Shown here in pieces: positions 13,448-28,628 of a DNA stretch of 64,000 bases. Location of the stretch: contig JALMLS010000516.1 in NCBI GenBank assembly GCA_038496445.1, positions 186,001-250,000 on the forward strand. The letters run 5' to 3'. The translations under genes and the position numbers were made by a program. Origin of the DNA: Trichosphaerium sp. ATCC 40318 (Eukaryota; Protista; Tubulinea). The notes beneath the pieces were generated by a model. The model ran no database searches. It saw nothing but the letters and a program-made list of their open reading frames with translations, and had not been told where the DNA came from. How positions within the stretch are numbered: position 1 is the first letter of the stretch; the number at the start of each line of letters is the position of its first letter.

Positions 13448-15420
13448 ATGTCTAAACCAAAGGTGCCATAGACGAAATGTCACATGTTATTTTGACATAG
13501 AGTTTTATAGTTGAAGCGTGAAGGTACTATGGAAGCTACAGCCACTGAAGGCCAAAGCATTTTGGAAGCACAAGGATTCGAAAATGCAAAAGACCGACAA
13601 ACGCGCTCTACAAAGCGTGTACGTACCTCATTATAATATAGCAGTGCTCCAGTGAGCTTATATCGTGCATTACAGGCGGTAGAATCGGCGTCAGTGATGC
13701 TTGGAGCAAAAAGAAAAAGACCGACTGATATGACCAAAGAAGAGCTTAGTACTTACGTAAAAGGTCTACGCATGGCGTTTAGGTATTTTTTAACCCGTTT
13801 TGAACATAAAAAGCGTTAACAGCAAATTTAGAGTTTTCGACGAAAACAAAGATGGCGTAATAACTGGCGATGAATTAAAGGCTGTATTACGCTCCCTGGG
13901 TAAAAAACCAACGGTTGCGAAGATTAAAGGCATTTTAAAGGAAGCTGACACGAATAAAGATGTAAAATAGCAAAAAACTAGCGAAATTTCTGTGGTTTTC
14001 TTACTTTGTTTTTTTAGGGAGGTATTTCTGTTGACGAGTTTATCAAATACATGATTGATAAACAAAAAATGAAGGTCCAGGTATATTGATAATACAAACT
14101 GCATACAGGATTACAAACAGCTTACTGACTTCGAGTTAGAATGATGAAAAAGAACCAAAGAAAAGAAAAGTTGCAAAGAAAACAAAGCAAGTACAATCAA
14201 CTTCAACACCACCAAAGAAAAAAGCACCTCAGAAAAAGACAGCACAAAAGAAAAGTAAAAAAGCAGATAAGGAAGAAGATGAAGGTGATGCAATGGAAGT
14301 TGATACACCAACAACAAAGAAAAAGCAAAAGTAAGTTACATTTAACAATCAATCTTTGAGCATTTTGTTGTTAACTCTTTCTTCCAGACCAGCATTAAAG
14401 CGTGGATTGAGTATCACTGGATTCTTTACAGAGTTTGCTGATCAACATGATGAGATAAATGCAACTCATAAAGATGCACATATGAACCCTTCAGGCCGTG
14501 GATATGATCTCGGTAGAGAAAGTGCTTTTGGCATGTTCACAATCATCTTGCGTTCTTATTTTGGCGATAACGTGTGGACCAAGCCTAAGGAAGCATTAGA
14601 AGCTAAGGGATTTGTAGTTATTATTGCCAAAAATGATAAGGTACAACAACGAAAGCAAAACTTAAAGATACTAAGCGCTTTTTAGGAGTTTTTGGATGAC
14701 TTGGATAACCACGATGAAGCTTGGGTTTGTGCTGGTCATTCGGGCACTCTATCAAAAGAAATATGTGACGCATTGGCCAAGTATCATGCTGCAGGTAAAG
14801 GAATATTCATATGGGCAGACAATGAACCATATATTCAGCAGGTACGCAACTTTATGCTATTTCCTTGTTGTTAATCGAATTTAAAAGGCGAATGGTCTAA
14901 TTAAAGCACTCGGTTTTGATTACCAACTAACTGGAAACGTACCTGGAGCTAAAAACCTAACTCTGGGCGGACGTGGAAAACCTAAGAAAGGACAGTGTAA
15001 GCAACAGTCTTTCGGGGTTTTTTTGTTGTTGTTTCTGACTTTAGATTTAGTCAAACGACACTTGATAACAACTGGTCTTGTTTCTCTTTGTGAAGGATAC
15101 ACTATATGCTATCCGACAAAAGAAACTGATGATATGAATATCATAGGATCTGGAACAGACGGTCCTCCATGCTTCTGGTCGCATCACCCGAAAAACAAAG
15201 GTAAACAAGCTCTATTTTTTCCCAAGTTATAAACTCACTTTATTTACAAGGGCGTGTAATTGTCGATTGTGGTTTCACTAAGCTTTACCATAACTGGGAT
15301 TCAGCTGGTACTGGACGCTTTGTGCGTAATTGTGCTGTTTGGTTATCTGGAGTTGATTGGCGCCTTAAAATTGGAGCTGGACTTAAAGGCGATATTGATT
15401 GGTCATCTGTAAATCAATAA
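13448..15420 (+). CDS. EF-hand pair + charged linker + uncharacterised C-terminal alpha/beta domain
   Basis: AFRVFDENKDGVITGDEL and EADTNKDGGISVDEF, then YDLGRESAF, GIFIWADNEPY, DCGFTKLY and GTGRFVRNCAVWL. Confidence 0.8.
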
Positions 15421-17431
15421 ATCTTGTTAGTTTCTTTTAAATCTTGTAGAGCTTTGCTCCAGTTGTTCTGAACAAAAAAGTCTAACTAAGACAATCTAAA
15501 AAAGATGACAATAAAATTCTTTACTGAATGGTACAGTACGAGATAAAGTGCCACTTGAAACTTTGAAAAGTTGTAAGAACATTTGCATGAAATGACGCTA
15601 CGAACAAGTGAAATGAACTGGTTTTTCCTTTTTTAGCCTCTTGCGATTTCTTCTTTTGTCGCTTGCTAATGATAACAGTAGTTTGTGCTACCTTTGCTAT
15701 GCAAAGTGCGTAGGTACAATTTTTGACCAGTTTTGGCCGGAATTTTAGTGAGTTATCTAGTGCGAACTTTATCCTTATTTTTTTATTTTTACACTTTCCC
15801 TCCACGTTTTGTATCTTTAGTTTGCAAACTTTCTGTACTTTGCAAGTTCGGCCAGTACTTCATTTAGATCAATGGTGTCCACTTTATCCTTTAGAGAAGG
15901 TATCAAGCTTACTGCTTCGTCTTCTGTCTCAGGGCAAAGATTACCAAGTTGTACTATCTAAATAATCACGTGTAAGTCTCTACATAAACGCAAATGGTGT
16001 TTGGGGGTACCTCGAATGGAGCCAGCTTATCAGAGAAACGTAAGAGCGCTCTAAATAACAAAAATAGGTCAGAACGGGTCTTAGACTTCAATTTGACGTA
16101 AAAAGCTCAAAGTAGTTTTGCAATGTGGTTAGATACTATTTGATGCGTAAAAATGGATAATAACGCAGTTTCGCGGTATTTCGGCAGTTTGTTTTTTTTT
16201 GAAAAGTTAAAAAGTATTCGTTCTATCGTAAGCTTCTACTAAAGTATATTTCTATGCATTGAGCGTACTTTCGTATTTCTTCGACTACTTCTTTATCCTT
16301 GTATCTGCCAAATTGCGCTACATATTCGTATGTCTTACCAAACACACTATTGATCACTTTATTAGCTAATATACATAAATTAAACCACGTACTCTCCGAA
16401 ATTCTCGTCAGTGGTATCAAGCCTGTGTTCGAATAGAATAGCGACCTCGGATATCAATAGTGGCTCTGCATTTAAAAAATCTACAAAAAACAAGTTTATA
16501 AACGTTACATTCAAGCGTTTATCACCAAATTGTTACCTGCTGAGAAAGACAGTGTTTTAGCGTCTTGCTCATCATCCATAGACGCCATTGTTATGCCCTA
16601 GACACAAACTTAGTTTAAATGTGTATTGACTTAACGGATTTTTAGCGGGAGCTGTATTAGTGTACTGGGTGGTTATCAGTGACATATAATAGCGTTTTAT
16701 ACTGAAAAATGGAAGAAGTGACTGGTGCGCGTAATAAGCGATGTTATTGCTGTAATTAGCTCATGATCGCGTAGAATTAAACGAAGCAATGGTAGAATTG
16801 TCTGAGGAAGTAGTTCGGTTTGTAAACAACTGCCAAAAGATGCAAGAGTACCAACGATCCGTTTTAGACACATGCGCAGTATGGGTGAGCTTAATAAAAC
16901 GCTTATCCGTAATTTTATACAAACTGAAACTTTTTTTTAGTGCCGTTGGATTAGTAAAAGCAATTTTGAGGTTGAGCAGGCGTCTAGGGATGAGATGGAC
17001 TTATCTTAAGACCATCACTCGATTCCGTGCATGTGATTAGGCGTACGGCATAAATAATTGAAACAACAGTAATTTTTGTAAATACTCTTTGTGTAATATA
17101 TATAGAGACTTCTGAAACCTTCTCTCCGGTTAATTAAAATTAAGCACCACAATATGGTGTACTTATTACGCAATCACGATTCATGGTTCCAATTTCTCAA
17201 CGTTTAACAATAAATCTTTCAGCAAATTATCAAATAGCGCGATAACTAGACGCACACGCCTTTTCATGTGCTGTCAATGGCTCCGTACAATAAAGAATAA
17301 ATCAGTGGAGCTGTTTTGAAGCCGTTTAGGAGATTTCTTAATGGAGAATTACCTTGTAATAACCGTCAAGGAATCACTGTGAATTTCTGGAAAACACAAG
17401 CATTTTTCGTAGTTTTTCCCACACGTCAATC

Positions 17432-17812
17432 ATGACTACTTACACAATCGCCAACAAATGCCCAGGGTGTACTGTTGTAATGACCAAGTGCTTTCTCAAC
17501 TTCTTCGACAGGTACGGGGTTTCTTTTTTTCTTCAAAAGCGTTAGTAACACCAAGACGTTAGGTGTATGGATATGATTGATCAGTTTAACATGCCTCAGT
17601 TGGTTGAAGGAGATTTTCACGTTCTCCAGATCGATGAAGCCACCAAGAAAGCAAAATCAATCACCTTTGAGCTAGATGTGCGTTTGGGAGATAAACAGAC
17701 ATCTGAGCAGCTTTCTTTGGATTTACATCGAAAAGACGCCATCATTTCAATAGAAACGAAGCGTTACGGGTTTTTTAAGAAGACTACTCGTTGTGTAGTA
17801 ACAGAGGTGTAG
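17432..17812 (+). CDS. Small hypothetical protein, one intron
   Basis: MTTYTIANKCPGC...FFDR|CMDMIDQ...VTEV* with a clean GT-AG intron and a downstream AATAAA. Confidence 0.55.
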
Positions 17813-17989
17813 CACAAGGCCGTTTAAAAAGAAAAAATAAAGAAAAAAAAATCCAACTATTTATGAACCAAAAGCACGTGTTTCTCTAAAAAAATTTTAT
17901 TGCCGATATCTTAACTCTTTACTATGTACATACAAGCATCCCAAGCGCTAAAAACACTTGTGTAGCAAGCAGTAGGTTTACGCTATTTT

Positions 17990-18058
17990 CTTCAGCAGCT
18001 TATCAACAATGCCGTTGCCTGTTAACGGTTAAAGCGACATGTTTCATAAAATCAAGTC
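17990..18058 (-). promoter_or_regulatory. Eukaryotic SECIS element in the SelK 3' UTR
   Basis: Minus strand reads AUGAA-acaugucgcuuu-AA-ccguuaacaggcaac-ggcauugu-UGAU. This has the AUGA/GA core, a pairing helix II and AA 12 nt from the core. Confidence 0.7.
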
Positions 18059-18123
18059 TCCCTGATGGTTTGTGCGTTTGAAAAAGCGTTTACAAACAGT
18101 GATTAACGAGGCTGTGATCGTGT

Positions 18124-18634
18124 CTAACAGCCTAAAGAGTTGTTGGTGAGTGTTGGCGCTAAGTTGGATAAAAATGCACTAAAACGCACCTCCACCGCCT
18201 CATCCGCCTGCAGGTACGTTGTGCTCGCCTTCTGGGCGGACTCTTGCTACTTCACGTTTACCTGAATCTACAACAATATCAGACGTATTTGAGTTAGACT
18301 GGCCGTACTGTAATACATGTTAGGGTCGTAGTCCTTCTTTTTATTCTTTTCTACGGCCTCAGGCTATTTTGGGTTAATAATTATCTAAATGGTTTCTTGG
18401 TACCGATATTAGGGTCTGAAAGCTAAATTGACGTAAGAATTCAAAAAAAATTACGTTAATGTCTTACAAAAAGCCCACGCCGTTTACGAGGTCCCAAAAT
18501 GCTCTAGGAATTGAGTCAAAGCGCCATACAGACGAATCCCCAATGGTTCCGTCTAATTGATGTAAAAAATCACGTCATTAGTGTCAGCAAGTACCTGCGC
18601 GAATGTACGTTGTCCTCGTGCCAGTAGTTGTCAT
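18124..18634 (-). CDS. SELENOK: Selenoprotein K (Sec encoded by TGA at 18200-18202)
   Basis: Spliced MTTTGTRTTYIRA|DGTIGDSSVWRFDSIPRAFWDLVNGVGF|FFQTLIS|PEAVEK...PAGG-U-GGG. This is the SelK pattern (YI..G, WR, FW, FF.TL, GGU) and has a downstream SECIS. Confidence 0.85.
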
Positions 18635-18804
18635 ACTGGCTAGACAATGACGTGTTAGCTTCTTGGCTCGCCTTACAAAGTCAAAAACGTTATTTTGTGA
18701 GATAATTCTCAACCTTAACTTTATTAGTTTTTTTGCTTTTCCTTTTTCAGCCAAACTATTAGCGATTGCCCACGTGATTACTACGTTTTCGACAATCGGG
18801 CATT

Positions 18805-19404
18805 ATGGGTTGTTTAAAGACTTGCGGGATTGCTTTTGCAAGGTTGTTTTTTGCTATAATAGCAATACTCGATATTGTTGTACTATTTACACTTGAAGTT
18901 GTAGGTGCTGGAGGTACGTGCTGTTCACGCTTTGCTTTTTATTGGCATTATTTTCCACTTGGAACTTTTTACCGAAAATTCAGCACACGTGCTATTAGAT
19001 ATTGACTAACAAGCATACAGCGGCGACGTGGGGTTTCTCGGAAGTCCTACGTTGGAGGACAGCAGAAACAAATGACCTTTGGCGCTTGATTGTAACTGGG
19101 GTCACTTGTGCTGCGCTTTTACGCTTCTTGTGTATCCATTTCGTCCACAGAGCGGCTTATGAAGCCTTCAATGATGTACGCGTTGCTTACAGTCATGAAT
19201 CATTGACAAAATTAGGATTATTTTGCGACAAGAGAATTGTTTATAAGAACTCTTCAATTTCCTGTTGCTTCGTTTGTGCTAGCACTAGGATATGGTAGCC
19301 TTAATTGTGTCAAGAAAAGGCGTCAGAAAAGGAAGGAAAAAGAACTTGTTGTGTCGAACTACTCCTTTAGCTCTTATGCAGCAATAAAAGCTGACAATGT
19401 TTGA
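18805..19404 (+). CDS. Small multi-pass membrane protein
   Basis: Three hydrophobic segments; two GT-AG introns keep the frame open. Confidence 0.6.
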
Positions 19405-19665
19405 TTGTGATATATTTTAAAGTACGTTATTAACTCTTTTCTGTTGCAAGGTAATGCGCCTCACGTGCTAGGGTCCTTTTAAGTTAGTACAAGTACAAGT
19501 GGGCGCGTATTGGTGTCGTGACTGTCAGCAACGTACCTCGCATTAACGCTGGTTTGTCTTGTGATGGCCTTTTTTGTCAACAAAACGACACAACAATTTG
19601 AAATTGTTTTGTGGCATAAATTCACATACGACCGTGCTTAACGCAACAAGCTCGTATATTTTACA

Positions 19666-20893
19666 ATGCAGCAGCGTGTCGTAGTACTACTAGTATGTAT
19701 TGCCTTCATGGCAGTTTCTTGGGCTGATGACGCCGGTTTGATAACACGTGAAAGCAGTTTCGACGTCAAAGAAACTGTAGACCGTATTATTAAGCTTATT
19801 GAAGACAGATATCCACCAATTAATGTCGCGTTAGCTTTTGACCACCAAAAGAACGCCCACGAGTACGTGAGACTATTGTTTTTCTACACCAGCGGCAATT
19901 AAAACACGGGAAACAGTTTTGAACTTTCGACGGAAAAATGGATTTAACAATAATTTAGAGTTGGGCTTGATATGCCGCCTACAACAACTCTTTTCTTTGG
20001 AAATCCTAGCCTAGGAACTCTATTCATGCAGGTGGATCAACGTATAGGCATTGATTTACCGTTACACGTGCTCGTTTGGGAAGAACACGGAAAGGTTTCT
20101 CCATCTTTTTCAAATTTTTAGTCTGGTAGTTAGTGTTTATCTTTGTACTAGGTACTGGTTGCTTATAATGATCCTTTCGAGTATCTCAGAGCACGTTATC
20201 GTATTGCTGGTAAAGATCCTCAGTTTACAACAATGAACGACACTCTTGCTGCTATCGTCGAGTTCGCCATTGGGAACGAAAAAGGTCAAGTATCGCAGGT
20301 CTCCAAAAGAAGAACAAAGTCATTTGTGGTAACTTTAGCCTTCTTAATACCTTTCTGTTGACATTTAACAGCCAGGTCTTATTGAAAAGAAGAGTGCACA
20401 TTCTGTAAAGGAGACGCTGAATAGGTTGGAAGCGTTATTCGAAGGAACGCCTATTGATGCCTATCTTCGTGTTGATCATCAAGCTGCTGCTAGCGGTGTT
20501 GGTCTTCAACTTCGTCCTACAGAAGTAATTATGTTTGGTAATCCATTACTTGGTACACCACTGATGCTCAATGACAGGAGACTAGGCAAGTTGGAAGGAT
20601 TCAACTCGAAGTTTTTTTTCTAAGACTTTATTCCTGTAGGTAACGATTTACCAACGAAGGTATTATGTTGGCAAGATGCCAGTGGGGATGTGTGGTTAGA
20701 GTATACCGATATATTCTTTTACAAGGACAGATATCACATGGTGCGTGTTCATTTATGTGTTACTTTATCGTTCTTTTGAGATGTTGCTGTTTGTAACTAA
20801 TTTGTGGTCTAGATAGGAGATGATGAAATCTTTGCTATGTTGGCTACAGCAATCGATAACTTGACTTCTAAGGCTGTAGCTCCAGATGCTTAA
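19666..20893 (+). CDS. Secreted tandem DUF302 protein
   Basis: Signal peptide plus two copies of DHQ..A..VGL...T..FGNP.LGT..M....G.DLP.xVL.W. Confidence 0.85.
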
Positions 20894-21140
20894 TACAAAA
20901 AAAAATCGCGCATAATACTCCGCATAAACAGAAATCACATGCAGAAAGCGTCGTTTACTTTTCTATCTGAGTTTCCCTTACCAGAGAAATCACTTGTCTG
21001 CATGAGGTACATGAACAAGCTAACATATGAACGTAACGGTTGAGGCCATGAATTCGTAAAAGCCTGAAAAGGAAAGCTCGTTTAGCACGTGTGAATATTA
21101 GCTTAATTGCGAACGTAACTTAACCCGTTGTGGAATATTT

Positions 21141-24098
<2,958 letters not shown>

Positions 24099-24314
24099 GT
24101 CATAATTACTGTAATAAGAAACTAAACAAATTGTTTTTACATTTGTGAACTATCTTTTAATCTCTTGCACAACTTTTATCTCGTATTCGGGAGAACCCTT
24201 TGTTCAATGATAAATATGAACCTTTTTTTTTCAGTATCATTTTGATGATCATCTCAATCTTGGTTTACGTTTTAGTTTATTTGATCAATGATACTGCAGT
24301 CAGTAGCGAAAAAA

Positions 24315-24760
24315 CTAAATTACAAAAATTGTTTGATTAACAAATTGTACTTTCAGCTGCCCATTGTCAAACCCTCCTTTGCCAACGCCTTCTCGTTTGT
24401 CATTAATCCAATAGCTTGACATCTTTAACTGTCCGTTTTCATGCCATGTTCTGGTCAATGAAATACCGCTGTCACTTTTCTGACAGTTTCGATGCCACAT
24501 GGTGGATTCTTTGTTACCAGTTTTTCTTCCATACACTCGAGTTTAGGACAGCGAATACAAGTAGTATCGGGTAGGTTTCTTGTCCTAAACGAAGCAAAAT
24601 GCGTGTCAGGAAGCAAATAGCATTCTATAGTCGTTTGAATACACTGTCGTGAATTGTTTGAACAAAACTGGGAAGACAAACAATCCATCAGTTGCTTTTG
24701 CTACTTTGCTCAAAACTTGAATATTTACAAACGAGAACCCATGCCATAGTGATTTTTCAA
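24315..24760 (-). pseudogene. Decayed F-box-like/MORN-variant gene
   Basis: Frame-broken fragments FVNIQVLSKVA and TWHENGQLKMSSYWINDKREG. Confidence 0.5.
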
Positions 24761-24887
24761 TTCAAGAAATGTTACCCTTAGAGTAGTGACAAGATTTTAC
24801 TAAAATTTCTTAGAGATCTGAAATCAAGTTAAGTCAGCTAATTCTTACGTTTTCCCATTCAATCTTATCAAATAACGCCATCAAAAC

Positions 24888-25191
24888 ATGTCATCACCTA
24901 TCATCAGTCTACGGTTACATCAAGACAAGAACAACCATAAACGTATTACAAGTCTGAGGTCATCACCTTTAATCCCAAGAAGACGCCAACACCTTATTGT
25001 ATCAGGTACTAACATTGTTTTTACCGTCGGAAGTACTTTTCCAACAAACGTTCAAAAAAAAAGATCGTTGGGAAAAAAGTCCTAACTGACTTTTCTCTTT
25101 AGATGAAAAAGTAGTTAAATCGAATGATACAGCGTTGAGCAGACGAATACGTGTAAACAAAAAACTAAATACCTTAGCGGAGAAAATGTAA
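24888..25191 (+). CDS. Possible small basic protein, one intron
   Basis: MSSPIISLRL...VS|DEKVVK...EKM* followed immediately by AATAAA; no recognisable motif. Confidence 0.35.
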
Positions 25192-25739
25192 AATAAAACA
25201 AAAACCATTCTGTACGCGCCGTCACGTGTTTATGAATCAGTTTTTGTAAGAATAAGCTGCTAAAAAAAACTGGCACGAAAAGTGTAACGATTTTCTTGTA
25301 TTGACTTGAAAGGTAAAGTAGTTTACAAGTGAAGCCAAAGCTGGGTACAATGACGCATTGTTGAAAGTTGTAGTCTAGTTACATGACGTGATACGTAAAA
25401 AAGATTAGACACTGCCACGCCGTTGTATGAATACAACGTACTCCGGTACAGGTTTAAGCAACGGGCGTTATAACATAGTCCGAAACGTTTGTTGGAGAAT
25501 ATACAATGTACTTTAAAGACTGTTTGCTGTGCACAGTACAACAATGTAGAAGCTGGTACATATAGGTATAATACGAAATTGTGATGCTATCTTAAACAGC
25601 ACACCATCAAGTATGCCTGTTACCGAAGATTAAAAGTAGGAGCTTACAAATCAATAAATTCGTGATGAGAACCATTTTATTTACTTTTCTTCACAAGGTT
25701 ATTATTTTTGTGTTATGTTCTATGTGACAACCTTTATAC

Positions 25740-26445
25740 TTTGTAATATAAACCTTTCCTTTTCTTCGTCTATATATATTGTTATCATCTCCTCATGACC
25801 ATCTTTGTATTCCCCTTCACGTGTCAAAAATCCATCCTTATCTTTTCAAAATGTGGTCCATTCAACTTCCCATGCACATAAGTATACATATCCACTCTAC
25901 CTCTAGAGTACTCTGTAACACACTGTCCATGCTTTTTGCCGTCAACATACATAGTTGTTTTTTTTCCTCGAAGGGCTTTTGCATAGCTGTGGTACAGAAT
26001 GAATTTACCATTCATCTAGATAATTACATTCAAAAAACTTGTTCCCATGCTCATGCCACACAGTAAATTTACCATTAAGCTTTCCTTTTATCACTGTAAT
26101 TACATTCTTCCCTTCCACAATAAGACTAGATCCGCGACCAAACACCAACTTTTAGTCCATGATTGTAACATCCAGACTCAACAACTTATGAGGCTTTTTT
26201 GTACATTTCAAGATTTGATGGTCGGTGGAACAACAACGAATAGTACGGAACACGAAATGCCTCGTAGTTACCGTGAATACTACCATCGACATACATGCGC
26301 TTGGCGATACTTTCTGGAGTTCGTACAGTCTTACCTTGCTCGTATTCTATTCTCGGGGAGCGTGTCCGAAATACAGTTCAAATTCTTTGAAGCTACCAAG
26401 TCTGAGAAAATTAGCTTAAGTACCGATGTAGGTAATTTATTGCAG
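25740..26445 (-). pseudogene. Decayed F-box-like/MORN-variant gene
   Basis: NKLPTSVLKLIFSDL, then NGKFTVWHEHG and YVDGKKHG...YVHGKLNG in different frames with stops. Confidence 0.55.
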
Positions 26446-27328
26446 TATTAAACGGGGTAGTATAAGGATGTGCAAGGCATTAAGATAGTTCAGAGAATAA
26501 GGTTCATCAAGGTTAATCACCGGGAAGCCTGAACCCAATCTTCATAACGCTCGCTGGTATCTTGACACTTTGTGGCCGCTTCTGGAAGCCACCCTTTTTA
26601 CCTGGTACCTTAGGCGGATGTTTTGGAGGTGGGCGGTTTGGTTTGTTGATGCCACCTCGTTAATGGAAATCACAGAATAGTGCCATTAGCTAATTTTTAT
26701 GAATACAAGCAACTTTCATATTCATTATCGTTGGCAGCCAAATATGCATGAAAAACGAATGAATATTTTTAGTAGTGAATACTAGTGAACATTACCTCAG
26801 TCACAACGGCAACGTTTGATACATTTTCCGTAAATGGTTGAGAAAGCAGCTTTGTTGAGTGAGGTTCACATGATTTTATTCTTCACAGCCGAAAATTTTG
26901 AGCGGGTGCAGACACTAAAACCTCATTCATAGAAGCACGAGTCCACAAGAGAAGTTATTCTGGTCTACTGTAGAGCGAAAATATTCAAAATCAATCACCT
27001 TTCAATTATTGTAGTGATTTTGGACTTTGTTTGATGCTATTACAAGCAATGGTTGTTAAGATAGCTCTAGTCTAATATAGCGCTTCTTAACAATTTGTAC
27101 CGAAGCACATATCAAGTCTTTTAATGAATCTTTTACAACTACCAAATTCCAATTTTTTTGCCAGCCAAAGTCCAACGCATTTGAGAAACAATACGACTGT
27201 TGGCTGGAACTGTGCACTTACAAACTCATTTCCTGATTAAGTTGACATATTTAAGAACAGCACTTGGTGGTTCAGTAACAAGCCATACTTTCTTTACTGA
27301 AATCACTTAGAACTGATTTGCCTTTTAG

Positions 27329-28137
27329 TCACATTACAATACATCTATGCTGTTTGCGTTGTACTGGAGGTGGGAGTGCCTTAATTCTACGAATTTCTCT
27401 GATAAGTTCATAAAACTGTTCATTAACATTGACACGTGTTTTAGCAGATGCCTCAAAAAATAAACATTCATTCTTTTTTGCAAGTTCCTTTCCTTCTTCT
27501 GTGGTTACTTGTCTGTCTTCTTGCAAGTCTACTTTATTTCCCACAAGTACACTTGGTTTGTTTTGTGCATCACATAACCTACAAACAAGTACTCAGTCCT
27601 TGAGAATGTCGATAATAGATCATGAATAAGTGGTGTTGGATTATTGTTGTTACCTATAAATAGCGTCAAAGAACTCCTGAATTTCTTCAAATGATAGTCT
27701 GTCTGTTGTGCTGTACATCAAAATAAAGCCGTGACCAAGTCGAACGTGCTACAACCTGCTGTTAGATTGCCAATCTCGTATTACTTACTCGTTCATCAAG
27801 AAAACTAGAATACTCTTCACGTATCCCCGTATCAATAATTTCAAGCATGATATTTTCGTCATCTATGGTGACTTGCTTACGATACCTTATTGCGTGAGCG
27901 TTTAGAGTTGTTTTAAACTCAAAACGTTAAAGTTAAAAACTGGGTGCGTACGTTTCTTCGATGGTTGGGTCTAATTCTTCCAAAAATAAGTTTTGAACTA
28001 ATTGTATTGTTGTTGTTGATTTTCCAACTCCTACAGGGCCAAATACAACAAGGTTGTACTCATTTATTCCAAGCTAGACTTGTGAGTGTTTGTTTAATTT
28101 TACAGCCTCGTATTTTTTTGCGTACGAGAAGCTCCAT
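27329..28137 (-). CDS. Ras/Rap-like small GTPase with CAAX
   Basis: [16 protein letters not shown]|[27 protein letters not shown]. Confidence 0.92.
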
Positions 28138-28628
28138 GTGAAGTGTAACGATTCTTTGGTTATTATTGTGGGTTCAATGAAATCTATTTTAAGAGGTAAG
28201 CACTGAAGAGAAATTACATGTAATAGGAATAAAATGTGTTGAGGCACGTGGCTTTGTTGTTTGTGTTATCACTTATAATACACACCAAAACAGCCTCATA
28301 TTTTGTGGATGCAATACAAAACTGTCATTCACTAGATATCACAAACTTGTGTTATTACGTCATCAACCGGTTGTGTAGATCCGGTTCACGACCTTTTTGA
28401 GAATAATCCAGTTCTGGTCTGAGTATCATAACACCAGTCTCGGTCTGGATCGAAAAAACCGGTTCATAAACGGTCCAAACGGTCCGCTGTCAAAGGGAGT
28501 ACCTTGGAATTGGATTAAAGCACGTGAAGAAACACTATTTATTGACCGTTACTTTTCTTTCTGGGGCAATGTTTTCTCCAACAGTGACCAAGAAACGAGG
28601 CTTAACTGGTTTTTATAACTGTTCATAC

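Noticed and set aside
15850-17050. Possible plus-strand gene
   Set aside because: Splice-like signals are present, but there is no consistent reading frame or homology.
26510-27270. Minus-strand Pro-rich fragment (KPNRPPPKHPPKVPG)
   Set aside because: It is surrounded by stops; probably a gene relic and unassignable.
28365-28490. Cluster of CCGGT/CGGTC motifs
   Set aside because: No defined termini or period; possibly a decayed repeat or promoter.
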